DNA of 64,000 nt, taken from Nitrospirota bacterium. Its GTDB lineage: Bacteria > Nitrospirota > UBA9217. The DNA lies in contig CAWBNQ010000002.1 in assembly GCA_963790205.1 (NCBI GenBank), forward strand, positions 172,502 through 236,501, in the 5' to 3' direction. Shown one piece after another: positions 46,237-57,600 of the stretch. Each line of letters opens with the position of its first letter. Within the stretch, counting starts at the first letter, position 1. The position numbers were made by a program, and so were the translations under genes. Below the pieces are notes generated by a model that had not been told where the DNA came from, did no database searches, and worked only from the letters and a program-made list of their open reading frames with translations.

Positions 46237-48621
46237 ATGACAGACCTTTTACAGCTCAACCCGAGACAATACGCCGACCTCTTCACGTGGTCACATCCTC
46301 TCGGCGATCACGCCATGGCGCACACGGACGGCGCGGTATCTGTCATGATCGAGTGGGAAGGTTTGGATGCAGAGCTTCTCACTCCTGATCAGCGATCGGC
46401 GGCATGGGAAGGTTATTACACCATCCTTCACTCTATACCGGTCGGCTGGGTCGCCGAGTGGCACTGGTGGAGAGAGAAAGAAGAATCCCTTGCCGACGCG
46501 TATCTCGCACACAGTACAAAGATGTCCCGGCCGAGCGAGTTGGCAAACGTTATTCGCGTCGAGCAAGCCGACCATCTTCGTCGCATGTCCCGCAATAACG
46601 CGGTCGGCCTGGTCCTGACCGTACCGCCGAAAAAAAGGTTCTTTACCGGTGCGAAGCGGGCGTTAGTTGCCCAGTCCGACCTGGCGGATGCTCTGCTTGA
46701 AAAAGTACAGTCCATCATCACGAACTTAAAAGGCGCGCGAGTGTCGCCCGTCGCGGACTACGCGGCGCGTATCTGCCAAAGCAGCGACCGGGGAAAATTC
46801 AAACGCGGCCATCCCGTGGGGATCGATCCGCGATTCTTACTCAACGAGCAGCTGATACGCGTAGCGCCGGGACAGGACAAGAATCTCCTTGCCTTCGGTG
46901 ATGTCTTTACCAAAGTACTTCTCTTGTATCTTTATCCTGACGCGCAGCCGGCATGGTTTTCCGGCATATCGTCACTTCCTATCGATATGCATGTGGTATC
47001 GATCCTGCGCCCGAAAGATACCCGCCAGGCGCTTAAAGCAAGCGAGAAAAAGACGGATTTCGCAGAGGGGTCCCTTGGCCGTCAGGGCCGAAGCCTTCAG
47101 GCCCGGGTCGTCCAGGACTTAAACGACTTTCAAAACTTCGTCGCGACAAATGCTTTATCGATTTTCGACAACTCGTATATTATTCATCTGCATGGCACGC
47201 GCGAAGAAGTAACGCGATACGCGCAGTCTATTACCGATTGGTGCGAGCCTGCCGGGGGACAGATTCGAGACGCCGATTATATGCAGTATCCGTATTTCCG
47301 GTCCGCGATGCCGGGCCAGGGCTACCGAGTGCCTCTGTTTCGGCCTGATCACTCCTGGCAGGTCGGCAATATGCTGCCGGTCCAGGTGAACCGGACCGGC
47401 GAGGCGGAGCCGGAGAGTCTTCGCCTGGGCGCTGCCGGCCAGCTGGTCGGTTTCGGGATCAGCACGCAGTCCGTGCCTCATTCCTTCACTGTTGCCATGA
47501 CGGGCGGCGGCAAGGGCGTTGACAAGGTCGCCACGATTGCCGAAACATACCCCTTTGGCATCGATTGGTATATCGCCGAGATCGGTGGCAGCTACAAATG
47601 GATTGTCGAGGGGCTCGGGGGAGTATATTCGCGGATTGATCTGAGCGAGACGGTGGTAAATCCCTTGCCGCCGTTTTCGATTGCCGACCAGGCAGAGACC
47701 TATCCGTTAAATGCCGTTATCGCAGGCGGCACGGTGAACTCGCTTGCGTTCCTTCTTACAGACGGCAGCACGGTCCTCGATATCCATAAGCAGCGGGTAG
47801 CTGAAGATGCGCTACAGAGGTTGTACGCGGTGGCGGATTTAGCGCGGGAAGCGCCGACGCTCCCGGATTTCTTAGCCGAGCTTGAGCGCGCTGATTATCC
47901 CGATGAACCCGAGGAAGCAGCAGCGGCAAAGAGTATGAGCAGCAAGCTGCACTCGTTCCTTGAAACGACCGGGGGCCGGGTATTCACCCGACAGGACAAC
48001 CTTGTTCTCTCCGAGGGGATCACCGGCGTGGACCTGAAAGACGTTGACCGGGCAAGCCCCAAGATGCTTAAATTCTACCTCGTGTTTCTGGCCCTCAGGT
48101 TCAGCCATCTTGCTTTTGCGCGGCGTAATCCGGCGCGCGTGCTTCTCGATGAAATGCACAAGTTCGTTAAAAGCTTTCCCGAGGTGATCGGCAAGCTGAT
48201 TTCGGAACTTGCGAGAATGGGGCGGAAAGACGCTGCCGCCATTGATATCGTCACGCAAGGCATTGCGGAAATAGACTGTATAGAAAAAGAAGTGCTTAAC
48301 TCAATGCCGCTGCGGTCGCTTTTATACCGGCCCGACGAACACGACACAATAGCCGAGCGTATTGCAATGCCCTCCGGAGCTCTCGCGATCTGGAAATCGT
48401 ATCCCGACCCGACTAATTTTCCGTGGCGACCGGCTATGAGGTCCGTTGGAGGCGATTATTATAACCTGTATCTGACGTTTCCGAAGATTCTTCTGGATCT
48501 CGCCGCTACCGGCACGCGAGCCGGACAAATAGCCGATCTTGATCTCAAAGACGAAATCGGAAGCAAGATATCGGATCCCATCGAGAGACTTAAAGAGTTC
48601 AGGCGAAGGAGGCAAGCATGA
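46237..48621 (+). CDS. VirB4-like ATPase
   Basis: ~800 aa; AMTGGGKG Walker A-like, EIGGSY, NPL, LLDEMH, RMGRK, VTQ. Confidence 0.8.
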   Translation: MTDLLQLNPRQYADLFTWSHPLGDHAMAHTDGAVSVMIEWEGLDAELLTPDQRSAAWEGYYTILHSIPVGWVAEWHWWREKEESLADAYLAHSTKMSRPSELANVIRVEQADHLRRMSRNNAVGLVLTVPPKKRFFTGAKRALVAQSDLADALLEKVQSIITNLKGARVSPVADYAARICQSSDRGKFKRGHPVGIDPRFLLNEQLIRVAPGQDKNLLAFGDVFTKVLLLYLYPDAQPAWFSGISSLPIDMHVVSILRPKDTRQALKASEKKTDFAEGSLGRQGRSLQARVVQDLNDFQNFVATNALSIFDNSYIIHLHGTREEVTRYAQSITDWCEPAGGQIRDADYMQYPYFRSAMPGQGYRVPLFRPDHSWQVGNMLPVQVNRTGEAEPESLRLGAAGQLVGFGISTQSVPHSFTVAMTGGGKGVDKVATIAETYPFGIDWYIAEIGGSYKWIVEGLGGVYSRIDLSETVVNPLPPFSIADQAETYPLNAVIAGGTVNSLAFLLTDGSTVLDIHKQRVAEDALQRLYAVADLAREAPTLPDFLAELERADYPDEPEEAAAAKSMSSKLHSFLETTGGRVFTRQDNLVLSEGITGVDLKDVDRASPKMLKFYLVFLALRFSHLAFARRNPARVLLDEMHKFVKSFPEVIGKLISELARMGRKDAAAIDIVTQGIAEIDCIEKEVLNSMPLRSLLYRPDEHDTIAERIAMPSGALAIWKSYPDPTNFPWRPAMRSVGGDYYNLYLTFPKILLDLAATGTRAGQIADLDLKDEIGSKISDPIERLKEFRRRRQA

Positions 48622-49244
48622 AATCTAAATTTTTGTGTCTACTGTTTTTGTTTCTCGCTGTCTGCAGCACGCCGGCATATGCTTTTTGGGGTGTCGGTGA
48701 TGTAACCTTTGATCCGACCACCTATGGGGAAGTGGCAAATTTATATAAGCAAACGGTGGACCTATGGAATACGGCAAAATCATCGTTAAATACCCTCAAT
48801 CAAGTGCGGCAGACGTTGAATGACGCAAAAGCGGGTGTCGATGCGCTGAAAAATTTCAATTTAAAGCAGACCGCCGGCAACCTTACGGGCAACGGGAGCG
48901 CCGACAAAATAAATGCTTTGCGGGCTGAAATGTCGAATGTTGAAGGCGGTCTTTCGGGAAGTGCTTCGTATTTAAACTATCAGAGACAACGGATAACAAA
49001 CCTGCAAAATCTTGAAAAACTGCGGGGGGAGTCCGCGAAAAATCTGTCGAAGGCGAGCGATACTACGAGCGCGGATGCTAATGGTAAGATTACCGCTCAG
49101 TCAACCTCGACAATGGCCGCGCTCGCGGCTGCGGAGAGTCAACGGAAAGAACAACAGGACATGGCTACTGCTCGTGATGCCGAGCAGCGCCGAAGCCTTG
49201 TTGGTGAGTCTAGTAAAATCTACGATGCGATAGGAAATGATTAG
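48618..49244 (+). CDS. VirB5/TrbJ-like protein
   Basis: Signal peptide, VTFDP motif, coiled-coil body; position in operon. Confidence 0.6.
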   Translation: MKSKFLCLLFLFLAVCSTPAYAFWGVGDVTFDPTTYGEVANLYKQTVDLWNTAKSSLNTLNQVRQTLNDAKAGVDALKNFNLKQTAGNLTGNGSADKINALRAEMSNVEGGLSGSASYLNYQRQRITNLQNLEKLRGESAKNLSKASDTTSADANGKITAQSTSTMAALAAAESQRKEQQDMATARDAEQRRSLVGESSKIYDAIGND

Positions 49245-49246
49245 CC

Positions 49247-50386
49247 GTGTTTAACAGTATTGCATTATTCGCGAGCAATTTCGACGTGTCGTCTATACAC
49301 CTGGCGGCAGGGGACATCGCAAAGGTTGTCGCGATGTATATATCGCCGACGCTGCTTATTTTGGCTATTTATACGCGCATACTTCAGGACAGCCTCGATA
49401 CGTTTACCACGACGGGCTCGGGCGTCTGGGCTCGCGCGGTGCGCGATTTTATCGTATGGGGAATGGTCCTTGCATCCTATTTCGCAATAGGCAGTCTCAT
49501 CATAAAATTTGCGAACGATATCTATCGCTGGGGCGATACGGTAGGCGGTCTGAAGCTGATCACCGGCGATATGAGTGCTGCCGCGAAATTTATTGACGAA
49601 AAAATGAAAAGCGATACCACTTCGAGCTCTTTAATCAGAGGTTTTGTTACCGGGGGCGGGACGCTTACGTTCATTACCGGTCTTTTCTATTATCTGTCGC
49701 TTTTGATTGCCTCGTTTCTTGTTGTCGCTCTTAAGATTGCTCACGCGCTTGTTTTCGGCCTCGCTTTCATATGGGGCCTTATTGCAATCCCTGTTTCCGT
49801 ATCGAGGGGCATCAAGCTTTTGCGCGGTTGGGCGCTTCTTCTCGGTTTTGCCCTGGTCTGGCCCCTGATCCAGGCGCTTTTGTTGGCCATCATTCGCCCA
49901 TCCTTCGTCAAAGCTTTAAATGCAATCATGACAAACAATACAAACTCAGGCGTTGACATGCTTTCTTCAGATCTTCTTATGACGGTTCTTAATCTCATAT
50001 TTGCCGCTACCGTTGTCGCGGCGCCTTATGTTGCCTCTGCGCTTGTCAGTAACTCGCCGGCTGCGGCGGCTATGGTCACTCCGTTCGTCGCTGCCGCCAT
50101 GACAGGGGTGTCGGGTGTCGTGGGCGGCGCGAGACTGGCCGGTGCGCGGCTTGCCGGCCGCGGGGGCGGGCAGGCCGCTGCCGCGGTAGCTAGAAAAGCT
50201 GCCGGCTCCTTTGGAATGGGCGGCGGCTCTTCTGGTGGAGGCACGTCAAAAGTAGAAAAGGGACCTTCCGGCTCGGCTCCGGCTGCGGTTACGCCGGGAT
50301 CGCCGGGACCGTCCAGTGATTCAGTTGAGGCAAAGCAGAAGCAACAACGTCGGGGCGTTATCATAAACAATCTGAGGAAAAAATAA
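49247..50386 (+). CDS. VirB6/TrbL-like polytopic membrane protein
   Basis: Multiple TMs and a Gly/Ala-rich C-terminal tail. Confidence 0.65.
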   Translation: MFNSIALFASNFDVSSIHLAAGDIAKVVAMYISPTLLILAIYTRILQDSLDTFTTTGSGVWARAVRDFIVWGMVLASYFAIGSLIIKFANDIYRWGDTVGGLKLITGDMSAAAKFIDEKMKSDTTSSSLIRGFVTGGGTLTFITGLFYYLSLLIASFLVVALKIAHALVFGLAFIWGLIAIPVSVSRGIKLLRGWALLLGFALVWPLIQALLLAIIRPSFVKALNAIMTNNTNSGVDMLSSDLLMTVLNLIFAATVVAAPYVASALVSNSPAAAAMVTPFVAAAMTGVSGVVGGARLAGARLAGRGGGQAAAAVARKAAGSFGMGGGSSGGGTSKVEKGPSGSAPAAVTPGSPGPSSDSVEAKQKQQRRGVIINNLRKK

Positions 50387-51046
50387 ATGAGCAAACCTGA
50401 TATTAAGCAAGAAGCAAGGCCGATTAAAGCGACCACAAATCCTTTGCTCCAACATGGGCTTACCGGCCAGCTTATTATGAGGTTGCAACGCTATGCGGTG
50501 TTGGGCTGGGGCCTGGCTATTTTAGTTATTGTTCTTCATTTTATTATTCTTGCGGTGGCTGCTACCGTTCCGCGGCCTGTCGTCGTCGTGGACCAGGGCG
50601 GCCGGGAGATCGGCAATATCGACTATCTCAAGGCAAGCTCGCGCTCTGATCAGGAAATCATTGCCGCCTCGATGCGTTATCTGACGCTCCGCTTAAGCCT
50701 TAACAGCGCCACCATATATAATGACCTGGCTGAAGCAATGAATATGGAATCCCCGCAAATGCAAGCAATTACAAAGGCTGCGATCACGGCAGATAACTAT
50801 TTGCAAAGGGTCGAACAGGTCAAGTCTCGCTCGTGGCTCGATTTTTCCACCGCTTCTAAAGCTCCGGTCATTCTCGAACGCCGGGGCCTTGAGGCGCGCG
50901 TGCGCCTCAAGGGCAATATCAATGTCGATATGGGCGGGAAACATGCCGAGCCGAAACCGTTCGACGTTACTCTTTCCATCAGTTCGGCGGCGCGAAATAC
51001 CATAAATACGGCGGGTATCCAAATCACGGATATGAGGGACAACTAA
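50387..51046 (+). CDS. VirB8-like protein
   Basis: Single N-terminal TM, PVVVVD, RNTINTAGIQITD C-terminus. Confidence 0.6.
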   Translation: MSKPDIKQEARPIKATTNPLLQHGLTGQLIMRLQRYAVLGWGLAILVIVLHFIILAVAATVPRPVVVVDQGGREIGNIDYLKASSRSDQEIIAASMRYLTLRLSLNSATIYNDLAEAMNMESPQMQAITKAAITADNYLQRVEQVKSRSWLDFSTASKAPVILERRGLEARVRLKGNINVDMGGKHAEPKPFDVTLSISSAARNTINTAGIQITDMRDN

Positions 51047-51049
51047 GAT

Positions 51050-51949
51050 ATGAATAAACTTTTACATTTCTGCATTATTACATTTTTATTGAGCGCGGTC
51101 CTTTTCCCGTTCAGCGCCAATGCCGAGCCGCGCGTGAAAACAGTAACCCTTGAGTCGCACACGTCGCTTACCGCTTACCTCATTCCGAATCTCGGTGTGC
51201 GCTTTATATTTCCTTTTATTCTCGACGAGTCGGATGATTTTATACCCTTTACGTCACAACTCACGAATCAATCTTTCAATTATAAGCGCGAACAAGGGCG
51301 TAACTCTTTCGTCGTCTGGATCACTCCCCAGGCCGGACAACAATGGGGCGACCTTTTCGTCACGGTAGCGGGATATCTCATCTCTATAGAAATTAAGACC
51401 ACGAACGATGCGAGTTTGTTTTACAGTGACATCAATTTTACTCTCGGGACCGCCGAGCGTGAGGATATTATTCAGAAAAGCATAAAACAGCGAACCAAGG
51501 CCCTTGAAGCTGAGTATAAAAAGAAATTAGAGGACCTCGATAACCTTGCAGATCAGAAAGCTATCGCAAAAGTTGGTGTTCTCGCCATGACGGAACCATC
51601 GAGGACCAGAATCAAGGAGCAATCCTCGATTGATCTTCCCAATGGAGACAAGCTTACGCTATATGTTGACGAGGCCCTTCAATATGGTGCATACACTATG
51701 TTTACGTTCGAGCTCAGCACCGACAGCGACACAGAAGGCCTTTCGGTCATGGATGCGAAGCTTTTTTCTATCGATCCGAACACCAAACATGCCCGGCCTG
51801 TGGACGCTGCCAAGGATATTCCGAAACGGATTATGCCGAAAGAATCCTATCGTGCCGTATTGACAACGCTTGATGCAACGCTCAATCCCAAAGAGTTTCT
51901 CAATCTGCAGGTTCTCACTGATAAAGGGACTGTGGAGGCTAAATGGTAA
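51050..51949 (+). CDS. VirB9/TraK-like protein
   Basis: Signal peptide; two beta domains linked by a coiled coil; position in operon. Confidence 0.5.
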   Translation: MNKLLHFCIITFLLSAVLFPFSANAEPRVKTVTLESHTSLTAYLIPNLGVRFIFPFILDESDDFIPFTSQLTNQSFNYKREQGRNSFVVWITPQAGQQWGDLFVTVAGYLISIEIKTTNDASLFYSDINFTLGTAEREDIIQKSIKQRTKALEAEYKKKLEDLDNLADQKAIAKVGVLAMTEPSRTRIKEQSSIDLPNGDKLTLYVDEALQYGAYTMFTFELSTDSDTEGLSVMDAKLFSIDPNTKHARPVDAAKDIPKRIMPKESYRAVLTTLDATLNPKEFLNLQVLTDKGTVEAKW

Positions 51950-52854
51950 TCAGGCGGTTCATTATATCGCTGCTTCTTGTCTTGTTGCCCGTTCATCTTC
52001 TGTACGCTGTTACCGCAGACGATCTCCGCGCGCTCTCGGACGATAATGATCGCGATCTCCGGGCAAGTCAGGGTCGGGCCAAAGCAAGCAATCTGGATAC
52101 CCTGATCGATCTAAACAACAATTCGGTGGATAAATCGAAAGATGATGATAAAATGGCGGCAAAGCGTTTCACGAAGAAGAAAAAGAAGAAAAAAAGAGCC
52201 TCTGCGGCCGGATCTGCGATAAAAAGCTTGTCTGGCGGTAACAAACCTAAAGAGAAGGCGCAACAGGTCGAAATGCCGCTGCCCCCGGTTCCAGGCAAGC
52301 AGACCATAGTTTCCGACGCCATTAAACCGTCAAGTGCTTTCGGCATCAGGCTCGGTACCTGGATGGAGGGAAGCATAAACCGGAACACCTCGAATGCCGA
52401 GCCGGGTCTTGTTGAAATAACTCTTACGGCCGAGGTTGTCGGAGCCAAAAAAACCCTTAAGCCAGGAACTTTGCTCTTTGCTGCGAAGCAGTTTAATCAA
52501 GCCACTAAACGCCTTGAGATGCAGGTTCAAAAGGGCATCACTCCTGACGGCAAGGAGTTTCAATTGACAGGCTTGGTTTTCGACACACAAAAAGTATCAG
52601 GTCTTTCGGGAATCGTTGACATGAATAATGCAGAGAGTGTTAAAAGTGGTGCCAGTAAGGGCCTTATCGCGGCTGCCAGCGCGGCGTCAAAGGTCGCTGG
52701 TGGTTCCTCGCCTGTTATTGGAAACGCGGCTAGTGCTACTGCCGACTCGATCCTGAATGACCAATCAAATATCGTTGAGCAGAATACCGCCCAGCAGCTT
52801 ACCATTTATGTAAATCCTCAGCCGCTCTTAATACGTGTGGATGCGTCTTTCTAG
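51943..52854 (+). CDS. VirB10/TrbI-like protein
   Basis: GIRLGTWMEG, LKPGTLL, ITPDG, GLSG, TIYVNP pattern. Confidence 0.6.
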   Translation: MVIRRFIISLLLVLLPVHLLYAVTADDLRALSDDNDRDLRASQGRAKASNLDTLIDLNNNSVDKSKDDDKMAAKRFTKKKKKKKRASAAGSAIKSLSGGNKPKEKAQQVEMPLPPVPGKQTIVSDAIKPSSAFGIRLGTWMEGSINRNTSNAEPGLVEITLTAEVVGAKKTLKPGTLLFAAKQFNQATKRLEMQVQKGITPDGKEFQLTGLVFDTQKVSGLSGIVDMNNAESVKSGASKGLIAAASAASKVAGGSSPVIGNAASATADSILNDQSNIVEQNTAQQLTIYVNPQPLLIRVDASF

Positions 52855-53467
52855 GTTCATAGAAGGGATTCGGAGGATGAATGCTTAACAATAAGGCTTA
52901 TGAACGCCTTGCACCATGGTTGTCAAGTAACGAGAAGTGAGTCCGCCAGGGCGCACAAATAACAGAGAGTCGTCATACTATTAATGCCATGAATAGCCTG
53001 GCGTGGCGAGAAGCAGTATGATAAATGGGACTGAAAGACTGAGGACTTTTTTATTCATATGGTCTTCATTCGGTAGCGTTACAATAACGCTCATCACTTA
53101 ATGAGACGATATGGTCGGAAGGAGTATCTCAGAATAAATTTTATCAGTCAAGGGGATTTTGCAAGATTTCTCGACATTGTGATGGTCCTATCACAGATTC
53201 GAGTAGAAATCCGTAATTAATGTTACAACGGGAAATTGTTAGAATTCGGCTTCGCAATCGACATGAGAGACACCTCCCATGAATGGTGTTTTGTCAAGTG
53301 CTGTGCGCCAGGATTAAATTTTAGGCGCTATTATATCGCTGCATTTTTTTAGCATCATCGCCTCCCAAGTGTCCGGTTAAAAATCATCAGAGAATCAGCC
53401 ATCCTCCCATTCGAGCTCGCCCTCTAGGTGGCTCACCTTACTGATGCTGATGGCACGCTCATTAATA

Positions 53468-54118
53468 CTAAAGCGGGACTAATCCTTCGCGGATGGCGAA
53501 CTTTATCAGATCAGCATTGTTGTTGATGCAGAGTTTTTTCATGATTTGTTTTCGATAGTATTCCGCCGATTTGACACTACACATGAGAAGGGAAGCAATT
53601 TCCTTCGCGCTTCTCCCCTCGGCCAAGAGCCGCAGAGTCTCGCGCTCCTTCGATGTGAGGCTCGCGCTTCCAAGGCCTTCGTTTTTGGCCGCGCGCTTGG
53701 CCACATCGCCCAGAACGATGCCCGTTATCATCGGGCTGAGATAGACGTCTTCCGACGAAGCCACGGCGCGTATGGCATGGACCACTTCCTCAAAGGCGCA
53801 GTCTTTCAAAAGATAGCCCGACGCCCCGGCGCTCAGTATGTTAAGGACGATTCTCTTTTCGAGATTCATCGACAGCGCGATCACCTTGGAGCGCGCGCCG
53901 TCGGCCAGGATCCGGCGGGTCGCTTCTATGCCGCTCAGGCCCGGCATGGAGATGTCCATGAGTATGACGTCCGGCGATAACGCGGAAGCCATCCGCACGG
54001 CCGTCTCCCCATCCTCTGCTTCTCCGATCACGGACATATCTGCACGTTCCGTGATGAGAGAGCGTATCCCTTCACGCATCAGCTTGTGATCGTCCGCAAG
54101 AAGGATCTTCGTGCTCAT
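53468..54118 (-). CDS. NarL/LuxR-family response regulator
   Basis: LADDH, MDISMP, GASGYLLK, LTSKERETLRLLAEGRSAKEIA. Confidence 0.92.
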   Translation of the reverse strand: MSTKILLADDHKLMREGIRSLITERADMSVIGEAEDGETAVRMASALSPDVILMDISMPGLSGIEATRRILADGARSKVIALSMNLEKRIVLNILSAGASGYLLKDCAFEEVVHAIRAVASSEDVYLSPMITGIVLGDVAKRAAKNEGLGSASLTSKERETLRLLAEGRSAKEIASLLMCSVKSAEYYRKQIMKKLCINNNADLIKFAIREGLVPL

Positions 54119-54337
54119 CCTGTTTCCCCTCCTAGATGAAGTCCGGAAAGTGTAAACCAGGTGACCTTTTGAAAGACCGATCTCTTCATTACAAGAATAG
54201 GGACTGCTTGTCAGTCGAGGACAAAAAGCAACAAAAAGCAGCTTCCCTATCAGCGAGTATATGGATTGATCCGGACAAAGTCAAGTAAGATTTCAATAAA
54301 AACAGTTGATTGAGTAAAGGTGGCTCATAAAAGCGCA

Positions 54338-54416
54338 TTAGGTTTTTCCTAATGACCCTTAGGGATTTCGACTTGGGATTTTCCTAATTGACATTCTTGT
54401 GTAGAGATGCTATCTC
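54338..54416 (+). promoter_or_regulatory. Promoter with repeated NarL/LuxR-type boxes abutting -35
   Basis: TTAGGTTTTTCCTAA (54338), TTAGGGATTTCGACT (54359), TTGGGATTTTCCTAA (54373); TTGACA (54388)-17 bp-TATCTC with extended TG. Confidence 0.6.
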
Positions 54417-54651
54417 ATAAACAATTGTGCATACTTGAAATATCGCAGCGTTCACACCGAAAAATCAGTTCGAATAAAGCCATCCAGTTCACAGGCACAT
54501 CTTGATTCCTTGATAGAACAAACACGCGCTACTCAACGTCTGGCAGCAAAAGGCATTCATCTTCATGATCTTTCCCCGGGGAGGATATATGGCTGGACAA
54601 TGTCACATGGGCAGATGCGCAAGCAGGTTCCGGCCGGATGGCGGTGCAACT

Positions 54652-57600
54652 ATGAGAATCAGAAACGCCTTCGGGACCGCATTATTATTCTTCTTTGCAC
54701 TCACGTTTTATAATACACCTTCCCTGGCCGACACGACCGTAGGCGGCCGCATTTCCGCTGACACTACATGGAGCCTGGCGAACAGTCCTTATGTCGTTAC
54801 CTCGACAGTGCAGGTTTACGGCACGGCCACGTCGCCCGTGACGCTCACGATCGAGCCGGGCGTCGTGGTGAAGTTTAACTCCGGCACGAGCCTTCAAATC
54901 GGCAACGGAACGAGCCAGGGAGCGCTCGCGGCGCAGGGAACAGCGGCGAATCATATCACCTTCACCCGGAGCGGAACGAGCGGGACCTGGAACGGCCTCA
55001 ACTTCCAGGACGGGACAATAGATAGTACAACGGACCTCGAATATGTGGACGTTCAGTACAGCACAGGGGTAACCATGACCTCGGCCTCGCCGACGATCAG
55101 GAACAGCACCATAACCAGCCTCAGCGGCTACGTCAGTCTCAGCAGCTCAAATCCCACGCTCGATACCGTGACCATTGCCAACACCGGGAGCTATGGCATT
55201 TATCTCTCGTCCTCCTCGCCAATCATCACGGGGGGCAGCCTGACAAACTCAAGCCCAACCGGCCACGGGATCTACGGAAGCGGCTCGCCGGTCATCTCGA
55301 ACTATAATGTCTCCATCGTCAATACCGCCAACTATTACGGCGTATACATGAGTAGCGCAACCTCCGCCTTATCCATAACCAATTCAGCCATCGCAAACGG
55401 CCTGTACATCGGGTCAACGGGTATAATGCCGATCATTACCGGCAACACCTTCACGAACGTGGATACCTCGCCGATCCATGCTGGAGCGAACATCATCGCG
55501 CAGATATTGAGCAGCAATACCATAAACGGTATGACCTCGGCAGGGCAGATCCAGATCGTGGGCGAGCAGGTGAAACAGGATGCCCACTGGACGGTATGGC
55601 CTGCACCGTATGTCGTGGTCTCGGGTACGGTCCAAGTCTATAAGGACACGACGGGACCCGCAACCCTCACGATTGATCCAGGGGTGACCGTCAAGTTTGC
55701 TTCGAGCAGCGGTTTGACGATCGGCAACGGCGCGAGCCAGGGCGCGCTCGTAGCGCAGGGAACAGCGGCGAATCATATCACCTTCACCCGGAGCGGAACG
55801 AGCGGGACCTGGTCGGGGCTTATCTTTAACGACGGCACGATTGACGGAACAACGGACCTCGAATATGTGGACATTCAGTACAGCACCGGGGTATCTATGA
55901 CCTCGGCCTCGCCGACGATCAGGAACAGCACTATTACGAATGTCACAGGCTACGGACTAAGTTTAAGCTCCTCGAATCCAGTATTGGACACGGTTACCAT
56001 CACAAACACCGGTACCTATGGCATATATCTTTCATCCTCCTCATCACCTGTGATCACTAATGGCAGTCTCACGAACTCAAGCACGACAGGCCACGGAATC
56101 TACGGAAGCGGCTCGCCGGTAATCTCGAACTACTCGGTCTCCATCGTAAACACCGCGGGTAAGTACGGTGTCTATCTATCCGGCGGTTCCACCTCCGCCT
56201 TATCCATAACTAATTCAACCATCGCAAACGGCCTGTTCATCGGGTCAACGGGTATAACGCCGACGATTACCGGCAATACCTTTACGAATGTTGACAATTC
56301 ACACATGCATGCAGGCGCGAACATTATCGCACAGCTATTGAGCGGCAATACCATGAACGGCATGAGCTCAGCCGGACAGATCGAGGTCGTGGGCGAGCAG
56401 GTGGCGCAGGACGCTCACTGGACGGTATGGCCTGCACCCTATGTGGTCGTATCAGGCACGGTCTCTGTCTATAAGGACACGACGGGTCCTGCCACACTCA
56501 CCATCGATCCGGGCGTTACAGTCAAATTCGCTTCAAGCACTGGTTTGCAGGTCGCCAACGGCACGAACCAGGGAGCGCTCGTGGCGCAGGGGACAGCGGC
56601 GAACCACATCACCTTTACCCGGAGCGGGACGAGCGGAGCCTGGTCAAGCCTTACCTTCAACGATGGAACGATTGACGGTACCACGGTTCTGCAATATGTC
56701 GACATCCAGTACAGCAGCGGCATAACAATGAATTCAGCCTCGCCCACTATCAGGAACAGCGCGATCACGAACGTAACGGGTTACGGCCTTAACCTCAACT
56801 CCTCCAATCCGACCCTAGATACAGACACGATCACAAACACCGGTACTTATGGCATCTATTTGTTGAACTCTTCCTCCCCGACCATCACCAACGGCAGCCT
56901 TACGAACTCAAGCGCAACAGGCCACGGGATCTACGGGAGCGGCTCGCCGATAATCTCGAGCTACACTGTCTCCATTGTAAATACGGCGGCCTATTATGGA
57001 GTATATTTATCTTCTAGTTCATCCACGCTGTCCGTTACCAATTCTATCATCGCAAATGGCATATACATCGGTACAAATGGGATTACCCCGACGATCACCG
57101 GCAACACCTTCACGAACGTGGATACCTCGCCGATCCACGCCGGCGCAAACATCATCGCGCAGATATTGACCAACAACACCATAAACAATATGACCTCTGC
57201 TGGCAGGATCGAAGTCGCGGGTGAGCAGGTGCGGCAGGATGCAGAGTGGAAACAATGGGCCGCTCCCTATGTGGTCGTCTCAGGCACAGTCTCCGTGTAC
57301 AAGGACACGACGGGACCCGCAACCCTCACGATTGATCCAGGGGTGACCGTCAAGTTTGCTTCGAGCAGCGGTTTGACGATCGGCAACGGCGCGAGCCAGG
57401 GCGCGCTCGTAGCGCAGGGAACAGCGGCGAATCATATCACCTTCACCCGGAGCGGAACGAGCGGGAACTGGTATGGGCTCAACTTCCAGGCCGGGACCAT
57501 AGCCGGTACGACGGACCTCGAATATGTGGACGTCCAGTACAGCACCGGGGTAACCATGACCTCGGCCTCGCCGACCATCAGGAACAGCACGATCACAAAT

